NCBI GenBank assembly: GCA_963788655.1
Contig: CAWBHS010000087.1
Span: 177,044-241,043 of the forward strand
Source: an uncultured Verrucomicrobiae bacterium
Lineage (GTDB): Bacteria > Verrucomicrobiota > Verrucomicrobiia > Limisphaerales > JAFGQR01
Direction: 5' to 3'
DNA length: 64,000 nt
Made by a program: the position numbers and the translations under genes. A model generated the notes under the pieces. That model saw nothing but the letters and a program-made list of their open reading frames with translations. It was not told where the DNA came from and did not search any database. This document shows positions 53,528 through 64,000 of this stretch, one piece after another. Each line of letters opens with the position of its first letter. The stretch's first letter is position 1.

Positions 53528-53761
53528 AACGGTCCTGCTTTTGTGTTCGGACCCAGTTTAAGCAAACGTAACGCCAACATTCATGTTGACTAAGGTTCGA
53601 AGACCGGGGAACGCAGTTTGGCCCAAAAAACCAGATAGGTTGGCTTGAAATAGATTCTTTTGCATGGCACGGCGTGCAGGCAAGGGGCACGCGAGTTCGT
53701 GTCCGTGTCTCGGAATGTCCTTGGATTTGACTTGGATTGAGACACAGGGAAAGCAGGGGAT

Positions 53762-53838
53762 TGGATGCTGGATGCTGGATGCTGGATGCTGGATGCTGGA
53801 TGCTGGATGCTGGATGCCGGATGCTGGATGCTGGATGC
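53762..53838 (+). repeat. heptamer tandem repeat (TGGATGC)11
   Basis: 11 units counted, one CGGATGC variant. Confidence 0.92.
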
Positions 53839-53908
53839 CAAATGTTGACGGGGTGGGGCCGAGATGGTTCGGCCACCACGCTCCTCGCTCATTTACCTAG
53901 GACCGCGC

Positions 53909-56900
53909 TTACGGCATCCGTGGCTGCAACCGCAGGCGGTAAAGCTCCTCGCCGGTGCCGGGAAGAATTGAGTTCGTATAGTGCATTTCCACCGCGGAAT
54001 TCTGCACCGTGCCCAATTCGGCCCACGTCTGGAGATTGGCCGTGGATTCGACGGTGTAACGGCTGCCGGGCGTTCCATAAATCGTCAGGTGCATTGCTCC
54101 CTGGGACAGCAGTTCTCCATCCGCAATGGCCGGCCGCACGATGAGTTCGGCATTCTGGCTGGGCACAATCCCTGCACCGTTGGCCACCACCACCGAGTAG
54201 TTGCCACCGTCATTGTATTGGGCGTCGGGCAGGACGTAAGCGCTGCCGCTGGCGCCCACAATGTTCGTGCCATTGCGCCGCCATTGGTAGGACAGCGGCG
54301 TACTGCCATTGACCAGCACGGAGAACGTCACATTGCTGCCGGCATTTACGATTTGCATCTGCGGCGGCGTGACAATACTGGGGGCAACGCGGATGGTGAG
54401 GCTGGTGGGCGCGCTGGTGACTGACCCCGAATTGTTGCTAACGATGACCTGATAAATGCCTTCGTTGCCGGACTGAACGTTTGATAAGGCCAAGGTCGTG
54501 CTGGTGGCGCCGGCAAGGTCCGTTCCGTTAAACTGCCAGCGATAGCTCAGTGGCGCCGGCCCGATGGCGGTCACGCTGAACGTGACATCGGCACCTTCGT
54601 TCACAATCTGGCCGACCGGTTGCAGGGTGATAATGGGATTCGAACTTTGCAGGCTCATGTGGAACGTGATCTTGCCGTAGTCATCGGTGCTGTAACCGTC
54701 CACGGCGATCTGGTACGCGGTGCCACTGATGGCCGTAAAGCTGACCTGGCTCCACGGAAAGCCACCGCTGTCGTCGTCGGCCGCCACCAACCGCAGGTTG
54801 GATAGCGCCGGGGAGGTGGGCGAGGTGTTGGTGTACACGGCCATGATCGTATCGAAGCCGCTGCCGATGGTGTCCATGATGCATTGACCGGACGCCGGGG
54901 CGGTCCAGGTCAGCCAGCCGGAATGCTTGTTGTTGCGGTCGAAGTGCAGGGGCTCGCCGCTTTGGCTGGTATAGCCGGTGTTGTTGCCGGTCACCAGGTT
55001 GGTGTAACCATAAACCGTTCCGCGGGCGGCGAAGTCATCCGCGAAGGTACCGCCTGGCAGAGTTATGATGACGGTCACCGGCGCGGAAATCGTCGCCAAC
55101 CCCCGGTCGTCGGTGGCCCGGGCGGTCAAGGCGTATTGTCCCACCGGCATACCGCTCCAGGACGCACTGTACGGGGCCTGGAGGTCCGTTCCCAGAGAGC
55201 TCTCGTTGGCGAAGAATTCGACCTGCACCACGGTGCCATCCAGATCGTTGGCCGACGCGGTAATGGTGATGGTGGAATTGGTGGTGAACGAGCTGCCATT
55301 GGCCGGACTGCTAATGCTCACAATCGGTGGCGATAGTACGGACAAGGCTGCCGCGCTGCTCACCGCGTTGCCCACCCGATTCAACACCCGCACGGTGTAT
55401 TGTCCCACGTTGCTGAGCTGGACGTTATTCAACGTCAACGTGGCGCTGGTGGCGTTCGGGATGGCGGTGCCGTTGAAGAACCATTGATAGACCAACGGCG
55501 CGGTGCCGCCGGCGGCTACATTGAAGGTGACATTGGCGCCGCGGAACGCTTCCACGCTAACCGGATGATCGACAATAAAGGGTGCGGTTTCGATAGCCAG
55601 GATCGCGACCGTGCTGGTGACGGCGCCGTAGTTGTTGGTGATCACCACGGCGTAATTGCCTTCATTGAATTTCTGCGCGTTGGGCAGGCTTAGCGCCACG
55701 TTGGTGGCTCCCGCCAGGAGATTGCCATTTTTCAGCCATTGATACCGCAACGGCGGGGTGCCGCCGGCCAGCACCGAGATAACCGCCGTGCTGCCCTCAG
55801 CGACCACCACGTCTCGCGGGGGTCGAACAATCTCCGGCGGCAGCGCGAGGTCCACCCGCGTGGACTTTGAGCCCGCCCCGGCGACGTTCCAGGCCAGCAC
55901 CGAGTAGGTGCCGGCATTCGCCGCTTGCACGTTGGTCAGCACGAGGCTCGTGTTGGTGGCTCCCGGCAGAATGGCGCCGTTGAAACGCCATTCAAGAAAC
56001 CGCGGCGTGGCTCCAATAACGACCACGGACAAAGTCACGTTGGCCCCTGGGTTCACAAACTGACTCGGCGTGATGGTTAAAATGCCCGCTGGCGAGGTGA
56101 CGGGCGAGCCAGTGGGGCGCCCAGCCGTCGCTGTGCCGGCGATCCAATTCACCGGGTCGTTGCCATAGTCTGAGTCTTTGCGGCGTTGTAACGAGCTGCC
56201 GGGCGCGGGCGCGGTGCCATCAGCGGCCGCCGGCCAGGGCGCCGTGTCGGCGTAGCGAACGTGGTCCACGAACACGTACGGCACATAGCCGGCATCCGCG
56301 TTGCCCGGCGGCAGCGGACCATCCGGCTTCTTGAGTTCGATGTCATCGGTATCGTTGGCCAGCTTGCCTTGATATGGTCCCAGGATGGGCACGTTGGCCG
56401 CGATGCTGTAGAGCGCGCGGAACGCGGCCAGTTCGGTGGCATTGGTGGTGGGATCAAAACTGACCACCAACAGATTCCCTCCCGCGTCCAACGTGGTGTT
56501 GGCGGGGAAATCAAAATCCACCGCGTCGCGCAGCCGCCAGGTGTTGGTCGGGTACGCCGGATCATACAACGGCACGGATTGCGAGGTGAAGTTGTACAGT
56601 TCAATGAACTCGTCATGCACGTTGTCGTTGGTGGTGGTGCCGGACACGATGTCCGGCGGGTGATACATAATCTCGTTGATCACCACCGGGCCGACCTGGG
56701 GATAGGCATTGGCCGCGCCGAGGCCAGTGCGGAAGGTCGAGATCAGGTTGGTATGGCTGCTGGCCGTGACCGCGGTGCCGAAGGTCAACTGGCTCAGCGT
56801 CGGGAAGTCCACCTGCACACTGGTTTGGTAACGACCGAGGGACACACCGTTCTCCGCGGCACTGAAACTTACGCCTCCGCGATAGCCCAACAAGTTGCCT

Positions 56901-59900
56901 TCGGCATCCGCCGGGAACAGATACACATCGTCTCCCTTGGCGCCACTCAATGCGAAATACGGCGAGTAGCCCGTGAAGTCCGGATTGAATTGGTATTCGT
57001 AAAAGACCACGTAACCGAAAGCCTCGATCACCGTTCCGTCGGGGATGCGAAACTTCTTGGGATCGTTCTTGCTGTCGGTCAAATACCAACCGCTCAGGTC
57101 AATGGCGGCGGGGGTGACGTTGTAGAGTTCGATGGTGTCTTCGAGTGGCAAATCCGTGTGCGTGAGGTACTTCGTTGACCACCACGTCTTCCAATGGCAG
57201 CAGGTTGCTCTCCGCCGGGGTGGCAAAAGCCGGGAACGTCCGGATCGTTTCCGAACCGTCCGGGAACCGGCCTTCCGAAACGTTTTCGGCCTGCGGCCCA
57301 AACATCACACTGTCGATTTGCGTCCCATCCGCGGTAAACAACCCGATGGCCTCGCCGCCGGCGGACAGTTTGAAATCGACGTGGTTCGCGCCACTGGCGG
57401 TTTTGCTGTCCGCATGGAACATGACGAAGCCGTCGGCGCCCGCGCCCAGGAATGAGAGATTGGGGATACGCGATTTGGTGCGGGCGGTCATATCGTCCGT
57501 GAGATACAAGCCGCCCAGCTCGACCGGTTGGGGATTGGGATTATACAGTTCGAACCAGTCGTCGCCGCTTTTCGGATTGGCCATCCACTCGTTGATTTTG
57601 AGTTCCGTGACCGGACCCAGGTTGGCTCGGATATTTCGCCCGCCGGGCGTCGGCAGGGTCAAGGCCCAGCCTCCGGCGCCATCGGGCAGGCGGCTGATGG
57701 AAAAGTCGCCGGCCTGGATGCCAAAGGTGACCGCATCGAGCAGCACCCCGCCGGCAGCCGGAGCATCGAAGAGGTACACTTCGTCGCCCGAGTCGGCGTT
57801 CAAGCCGAAGCCCGTGTTTAAATATGGGCCGCTGTTGGTGGCCGGGTTGTTGCCATCGAACCGCACCAACAGGTACGCGCCGGCTGCCAAGGTCTGCCCG
57901 TTCGCAAAGCTCCACCGGCGCGGGTTGTCGATGCTGTCGCTCAAGCTCATGCCCGAGAGGTCCGCTTCGCTGGTCGTGGGATTGAATAGTTCCACCCAGT
58001 CGGTCAGGGTGCCGTCGCTGTTGGTGAACGAGGCGTTGCGGGCGAGCACTTCATTCAGCACCACGCCCGTGACCACCGTGTTGGTAATGGACTTCACTGC
58101 GGCGAGAGCCATACCGAACACGTCGTCGGAACTGCCAGCGCTTCCTTGATGGACTTCCACGGCGAGCACATTGTCACCCGGCAACAGATTGGTGGTCGGT
58201 AACTGGCGCACTTCCATCTGGCCTTCGCTGTTTTGATCTCGATTCTCTGCCAGCGTGTCAAACAACACCGGATTGTCGGGAACGCGAATGCGATCCACTT
58301 CAATGTCATTGAGGTAATACACGGCGCCGTCATCCAAATAATTGGTGGCAAACAACTGAAAATCCTCTTCGCCGGTCCACGTAAAATGCGTCCGATAATA
58401 CACCGTAATCGGGCCGCCTTCTCCGGGCGCGGGCACGAACGTAATAAAGGGATAGGGATAAGTACTTCCCGATTCCGAGCCGAACAGCGCGGTGCCCTGG
58501 AACCACGTGGAATCGCTGTAACCCGTCTCCCGCCAGGCCGTACCCAAGTCGGCGCCGGAATCCTCATAACGCCATGACTGAGTCGTGAGGGGAACCAGGT
58601 CGTTCACGATGTTGGTGATGACAACCAGCGGCGGCGGTCCCGGATTGGGCGCGCCGGGCGTGGGACTGGGCAGGAACCCGATGTTGGACGATCCATCGGG
58701 CCGACGGCCTTCGGAGATGTCCGTCGATTGGGGGCCGTAAAAAATGAAGTCAATCACTGAAAGATCGGGCGCCAGTAGCGCAATGTTTCCCTGATCGGCG
58801 GAAAGCTTGAAACTTAAATGCGTGGGACCGGCTTCGGGAAGGGCATCCGCCCAGAACGCGGTCAGTCCGTTCGCCCCAATGAAGCTCAACGGTGCGATTT
58901 GATGCCGAGTAGGCCAGTCGATCAGGTGATCGGTCATATACAAACCGCCCATGTTTACTGGCAGCGTGTCGCGGTTATAAAGTTCGACGAAATCAAGTTG
59001 GAAGGGCGCGCGTCCGCTGGCCAGCCATTCGTTGATGAGCAGGTGATCGTAATCACCTTGCGGGCTGGCGACATTGGCCGCTCCGTAGGTCGGTTGCGTG
59101 AGCGTCCACGTGCCGTCGTCCATTCGGCCAATGGACAAGTCGGGCATTTGTGGGCCAAAGACAATCGAATCCACCAGGTTGGTATTGCTGTCGAACAAAT
59201 ACACGGCGTCGCCTTCGGCATTGAGGGCAAAGCCCAAGTGATCGCCGACGGTGCCATCCGGATTATTGGCGAGGAACACGCGGAAGGAGCCGGGTATCAG
59301 CAAGCCTCCCGGAATGGTGTATTTGAAGGGATCGGCCGGATCATCGGTAAGGCCCATGCCGGTCAGGACCACCGCAATTCGGCCGGGATTGTAGAGTTCG
59401 ATCCAGTCGGGGAACTTGCCATCCACCGGGACTGCGGCATCATTGATGGCCATGACTTCATTGATTACCACCTTCCGCAACGTGAGGTTTACGGTCCAGG
59501 TTTTGGAAGCAGTGGGTTGGTCGGTGCTTTGCCAAACGCCGGCGTCGTTCTTGCCAATCACATAGACGGTGTAGTCGCCATTGGCCAGACTGGACAACAC
59601 GAGCGGTTGAGCAATATCGGTCTCAGCGCTGTAAGCGCCGTTATTGGTCTTCCAGCGGTAGCTCGTAATGGCCGGACCGCCAATGGTGAGCGTGGCGGTG
59701 TTGGCGGAAGTCAGTGCCGGTGGTTCGCCAGAGATTGACGCGCCGCCCGGCACCAAACCGCCCATGTCCAAGCCGTTCGGGCCGGTGCCAACCGCCGGCG
59801 ACCCCGACCGCAGCGCAAAGTCATTGGTGATCGTGCTCCAGGTGATCGTATTACTGTCCAGGTTCGACAGGCGCGGATCGGCGACCACGTTGCCGATACC

Positions 59901-62900
59901 CGGCCAATTGGTTGGCAGACAGGGAACGATTCACGGTGACCTGCATCACAGCGGCCGTGTAGTTCAGGAACAATTGGGGCGTATCCCAGATGATGTTGCC
60001 GTCCAAGTAGGCACCCGCGCCGCCCGCCACCTGGCGTTCGGGCTCACCGAAGTTGACGCCACCGATGGTCAGATGCACAGCAGTGTTGTTCACGATGGTG
60101 TAGAAATTGCCTTCCTTGCACAGCGCCAGATGGTCGCAGTCATAAAAGAGGTTCCGCACGATGGTCAATTGCGACGTGGTGCCGCGATCGGAACCGCCGG
60201 AAACGGCGCTGGCGGTGTCGCCCACGTTGGGATTGTTCTTGTGGACGTGCATGAAAATGTTGCCTTCGATCAGCGCGTCCGTGCCGTCCAGATCCAGCAC
60301 GTCGTCGCTGGCACCGGTGAACACGTTGTCGAGCACCTGGAGAATGGCATTGGGCCGATGGCCACCGCTAAAGTCGATGACATCGTTCAAGCCGGTCAGC
60401 GGGCTGCCGAATAGATTGCTTTGAATGATGCCGTAGCCCGTGGTCGGGAGGTCCACGCCATGGATGAATTCGACGCCATTATTGTCCGGAAAGGTGCAGC
60501 CGCGGATGAGGAACGAAGTGTTCTCCAGCGTGATGTATTGGGCGGTGGTTTGCGCGAAGGTGCAATCGTCCACGTAAATGACCGCGTTGTTGGCGTCGAT
60601 ATTATGGCTGCCCGAACCGGCATACTCGAAATCCACGTGGGCCACCCGGCTTTCCTGCGACGCGTTGTTGAAGGCGAGGCCGGTCCATCCGCCCGCCTTG
60701 CTTGGCGCCAACGTCATCCGGATGCGTTGCGTCGGGGTTCCTTCGGCCAGCAAGCGGCCCGTGCCACTGACACTCAGGCCCGTGTCCGGCTCGAAATAGA
60801 CCGTTGTGCCCGGCTGGATGGTGAGCGTGGCGCCGTTGCCAATGGCGATGTCGGCGGTGACGTGGTACGGGCCGTTGGCGGCCAGCCAGGTTTGGGCGCC
60901 AGTGATCGGGGTGGAAACAAACTGCTCGTTGCCGTCGTTATAGACGAGGTCAATGTTCGTCCGGGCGATTTCGAAATGGTTCGTATCGAACGCCTGGACC
61001 AGGATGCGATTGACGCCGGGTTGGAGCGTGGCGGCTTGTCGCCAAGCGCCGCTCCACGCGGTCCATTCCGCAGCCATACCGTTGACCTCGACGGCATGGG
61101 TGTTGAGGACGTTGGCTTGGCCATAGAGCTTTACTGTTTGGCGATTCACTGGACCCGTTTCGAGGCCAGCCAACTCAAAATCGAAGCTGATGTCGGAACT
61201 GTCGGGTTGATCTTGATGAATCTCAACAGCCACCACATTGGCGCCGTCCAACAAGCCCACCGCTGGCAGGGTCGCTGTGTCAACGTAGTTGTCACTGGCG
61301 GTTTGACTTGGGGTGGTCAAATAGTTGATTGGGCCAGTTCCCATGTTGGGAGAACGAAAAATCTCCGTTCCATTGAGATAGACCACTCCACCGTCGTCCC
61401 GCAGTAGCTTGAGGTGCAACTCAGTAATCGAAGCGGCGTCAGCCACCACAAAAGCGCGCCGGAAATAGGTGGTGATGTACTTGTTGCCACTGTTGGGGCC
61501 GTAGCTGACCACCGTCGCTTCGTCGCCGTCGCCATAACCCAATTGAGCGGGGCCTTCCTTCCACGATTGGTCGTTGAACGTGCGTCCGGTCCACGCCGTT
61601 CCCTGGTCTGATCCATTGTCGAGGTATTTCCAATCGGACCCCATGTTGATGAACGGGAATGGTTCACGCGCCACCGTCAACTCCATGGGAATCTGCGATA
61701 GAATGCTGGCGACGCGACCGGCGGCAAAATCCTTCATGTCTTGGATGCGGTGTTCCGGCACCCAACTGCCCATCGCTCGGTCCAGGGCGGGATCGAACTG
61801 CGCCGCGGAATAACTCGTTTCGACCAGATGCTTGAGTTCGCGGTAGTAGATGCGGGCAAACTCCGGGTTGTGCATGAACCGAATCAGGAATTCGGCGCGC
61901 TGTGTTGGGTCGGTAGTTCGTGGATTATCCACCATTTCCCAGATGGATCGGTTCTCGTTTCCCGAGGAATCGCCCTCTCCAAGAACCGTGTCAAAGTCAT
62001 GCGCCACCAAGAGAAATCGTGGATCGAGGATACCGCGATACATCGCGTAATCATCACCCACTCCGATACAAAGCGAAGTCTCCTGGTAGTCGATGGCGTT
62101 GCACACGGCAAAGTAGCGCATCCACATTTGCACGTTGGCGTTCGAGCGCACCAGCGACATGTAGTCGGCATCCGGCGCGGTCGAGGACAGCGCGTAGGTC
62201 AGGTTGAATAGATCGGTCCAATCGTTGGCGCTGCGATTGGAATTCTTGGCGTAGCCCTCGTTCTCGTACGTTTGGTAATCTGTGCCCCGATAGCGCAAGT
62301 TGGCCGTCCAGGGATAGTGGGAGCCTCGATACACATTGCCGCCGCCGTCTTCCGGAAAATGGCGCGCCGCCCATTCCCCCCCGATGGGTTCGAGCATCAG
62401 ATAGGAACCAAAGCCGGAGCCCGTACCCGAACCGTTTACCGGTTCACCACTGCGGGCCGGGTTGGTGCCATTGATCCGATACTGCACCACCCGCGCATCC
62501 GCCGCGGGCAAGCCGGCCATTTGGGATAGAATGCTGCCGGCCATTTGCGCATGGATGAACTGACTGTTCAGATTCAAAGCCGTCAGCCCCTTCCAAGATC
62601 GATCGTTGGGAATGTTCACGCGATTGTTGGGTGGCTTCCGACTGCGGCTGCCGGCCCCCCGAATGCGCATACCGACATTGTAACGGATTTCCTCGCCAGT
62701 TCCGTCATGCGTAATGAATGCGGAGTTGAATTCGGCATTGCTGGTGTAGTTGGTATCCCGAATGCCGGCGTATGCCTCTGCCTCGGTCGCAGTCATCACA
62801 AGACGGTAAATCGGTTGATCGCCGGCATACAGTTCGTCGTCCACCTGGAATAGCGCATTGCCCGATTGAGTTGGCGGGCCGGTTTGATCGGCAGCCACCG

Positions 62901-63834
62901 AAACCGGAGGCGGCCAAGTGCGTGTGTTCTGTGCGGCGTCGGCGGCTTGCACGTAAAACTCAATTATCGTCCCGTTGGCCATCGGGGAGAGGACTGCACC
63001 ATAGATGCCGTCACCCACAGCTCCGTCATTGTGTTCACCGTCGTCAAACATCGGTTCCGCTGTAAACGCCGGCGGAGACGTGCTGCTGGCATTGCGATAC
63101 ATCAATTGCACCGACAAACCGGTGGCCAATTCATCGACGATTCGCGTTGTGATGATGACCGGCGAGGTGGATCGCGGAATGGCCGGTGAGTGCTGCACGT
63201 CCAGAACCAGAGGAGCAATATCCGAAGCCAACAAAGAATTGGCCGTGCCGGGAGTCCCGTTGGCGGCCAGACTGGCGCCCCAGTTCTGGCCGTAATTGTT
63301 GGACAGGCTCGGATTTCGTAACTCCAACGACCGGCCCAGACCGTCGTGCTCGGCGAACCATTCCCAGCCGCGCATTGTCTGGTCCACAAGTCCGCGCCGA
63401 TGGATCGCCCAATCGCCTTCGGTGGCGTACGTGACCTGATCGACCTGCTGGCCGAGTGCATCGACGAGTTGCAGGGTCTGCCCGTTGTTGCCCAACTTGC
63501 CCACCCAATCGCCCACGACGATGACGGCCGCGTTGGTCCCTAGATAGACGAGGTTGGTGAGAAATCTAACCTGGTTGGCGGCCACGACCAGGTAGCCGCC
63601 CGCAGGGAGGGTAATATTCGGAAAGGTGAATTCGACGCCGCGGGTAATCTGCCAGCCGTTCAAGTTCACCGCGTTGGTGTCGCGGTTGTAAAGTTCCACC
63701 CATTCGAGCGCGGGATCTTCGGGCACCGCCGGCGCGGGATGGTACATGATTTCGTTGAAGACGACGTCGGCCCCGAATGCTGAACCGCCGGCCAGACACA
63801 CCACGACTAGAAAACGGATGAATTGCTGCTTCAT
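53909..63834 (-). CDS. ~3300-aa secreted protein: lamin-tail domains, CotH-like kinase, beta-helix, galactose-binding-like, Ig/Big domains, YR tail; frameshifts ~59915 and ~57172
   Basis: Signal peptide MKQQFIRFLVVVCLAGGSAFG; about 7 LTD repeats (V.INE..D[WF][IV]EL[YF]N..L.G..L[TS]D..TPG..N); CotH-like RIRGAGSR..HDFD; Ig YQW repeats; ends ELYRLRLQPRMP. Three track ORFs join at NRSL|..WPGIGNV and VVVNEV|LTHTD. Confidence 0.85.
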
Positions 63835-63930
63835 AAATGCGATGCCGAAGAATACGCCCTTCCCGCGGTTAAAAGCAATTAGGGATTCAAGTTGCGTTGA
63901 AGGCCATTCAGAACGCATCCCGCCTTTGTC

Positions 63931-64000
63931 GGAGCGCGGACATTCTTGTCCGCCTTCGGTTGACATCAATCGCGCGGGCGGACAGGAATGTCCGCGCTCC
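63931..64000. repeat. GGAG-type REP doublet (third family)
   Basis: GGAGCGCGGACATTCTTGTCCGC ... GCGGACAGGAATGTCCGCGCTCC. Confidence 0.85.

Noticed and set aside
53590..53900. ORFs encoding HPASSIQ / MLDAGCW repeats
   Set aside because: Translations of the heptamer DNA tract.
1..64000. CRISPR array, tRNA or rRNA
   Set aside because: No run of direct repeats with unique spacers, no cas genes, no cloverleaf or rRNA-like sequence seen.

Overview
GC-rich bacterial DNA, most consistent with Verrucomicrobiota (Pedosphaera/Limisphaera-like; inferred from protein architectures and repeat types). Five large modular secreted proteins dominate the window: LRR/IPT, two Ig/DNRLRE paralogues, a beta-helix/PKD protein and a ~3300-aa lamin-tail/CotH-kinase protein. 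It also holds a glycan-degradation block (GH50-like, GH2, ThuA, four tandem sulfatases), housekeeping genes (mqnD, ilvD, aldo/keto reductase, PIG-L deacetylase), a PAS hybrid kinase, an orphan pilin-like gene, and a RAYT HUH transposase with its REP elements. About ten genes are broken by small indels, probably long-read assembly errors; I reconstructed them across frames by hand. Main observations: (1) after repair, all five giant proteins end in the same [FL]YR[VLI] tail, a candidate export signal; (2) a covarying GTAG-REP family flanks the RAYT and is also packaged in two exactly 132-nt elements with IS5/IS1031-like ends, one inserted in frame in a sulfatase signal peptide; (3) IlvD carries a SnoaL-like insertion; (4) a candidate sRNA at ~51.0 kb. 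No rRNA, tRNA or CRISPR array seen. All family assignments are motif recognition by eye, not database searches.
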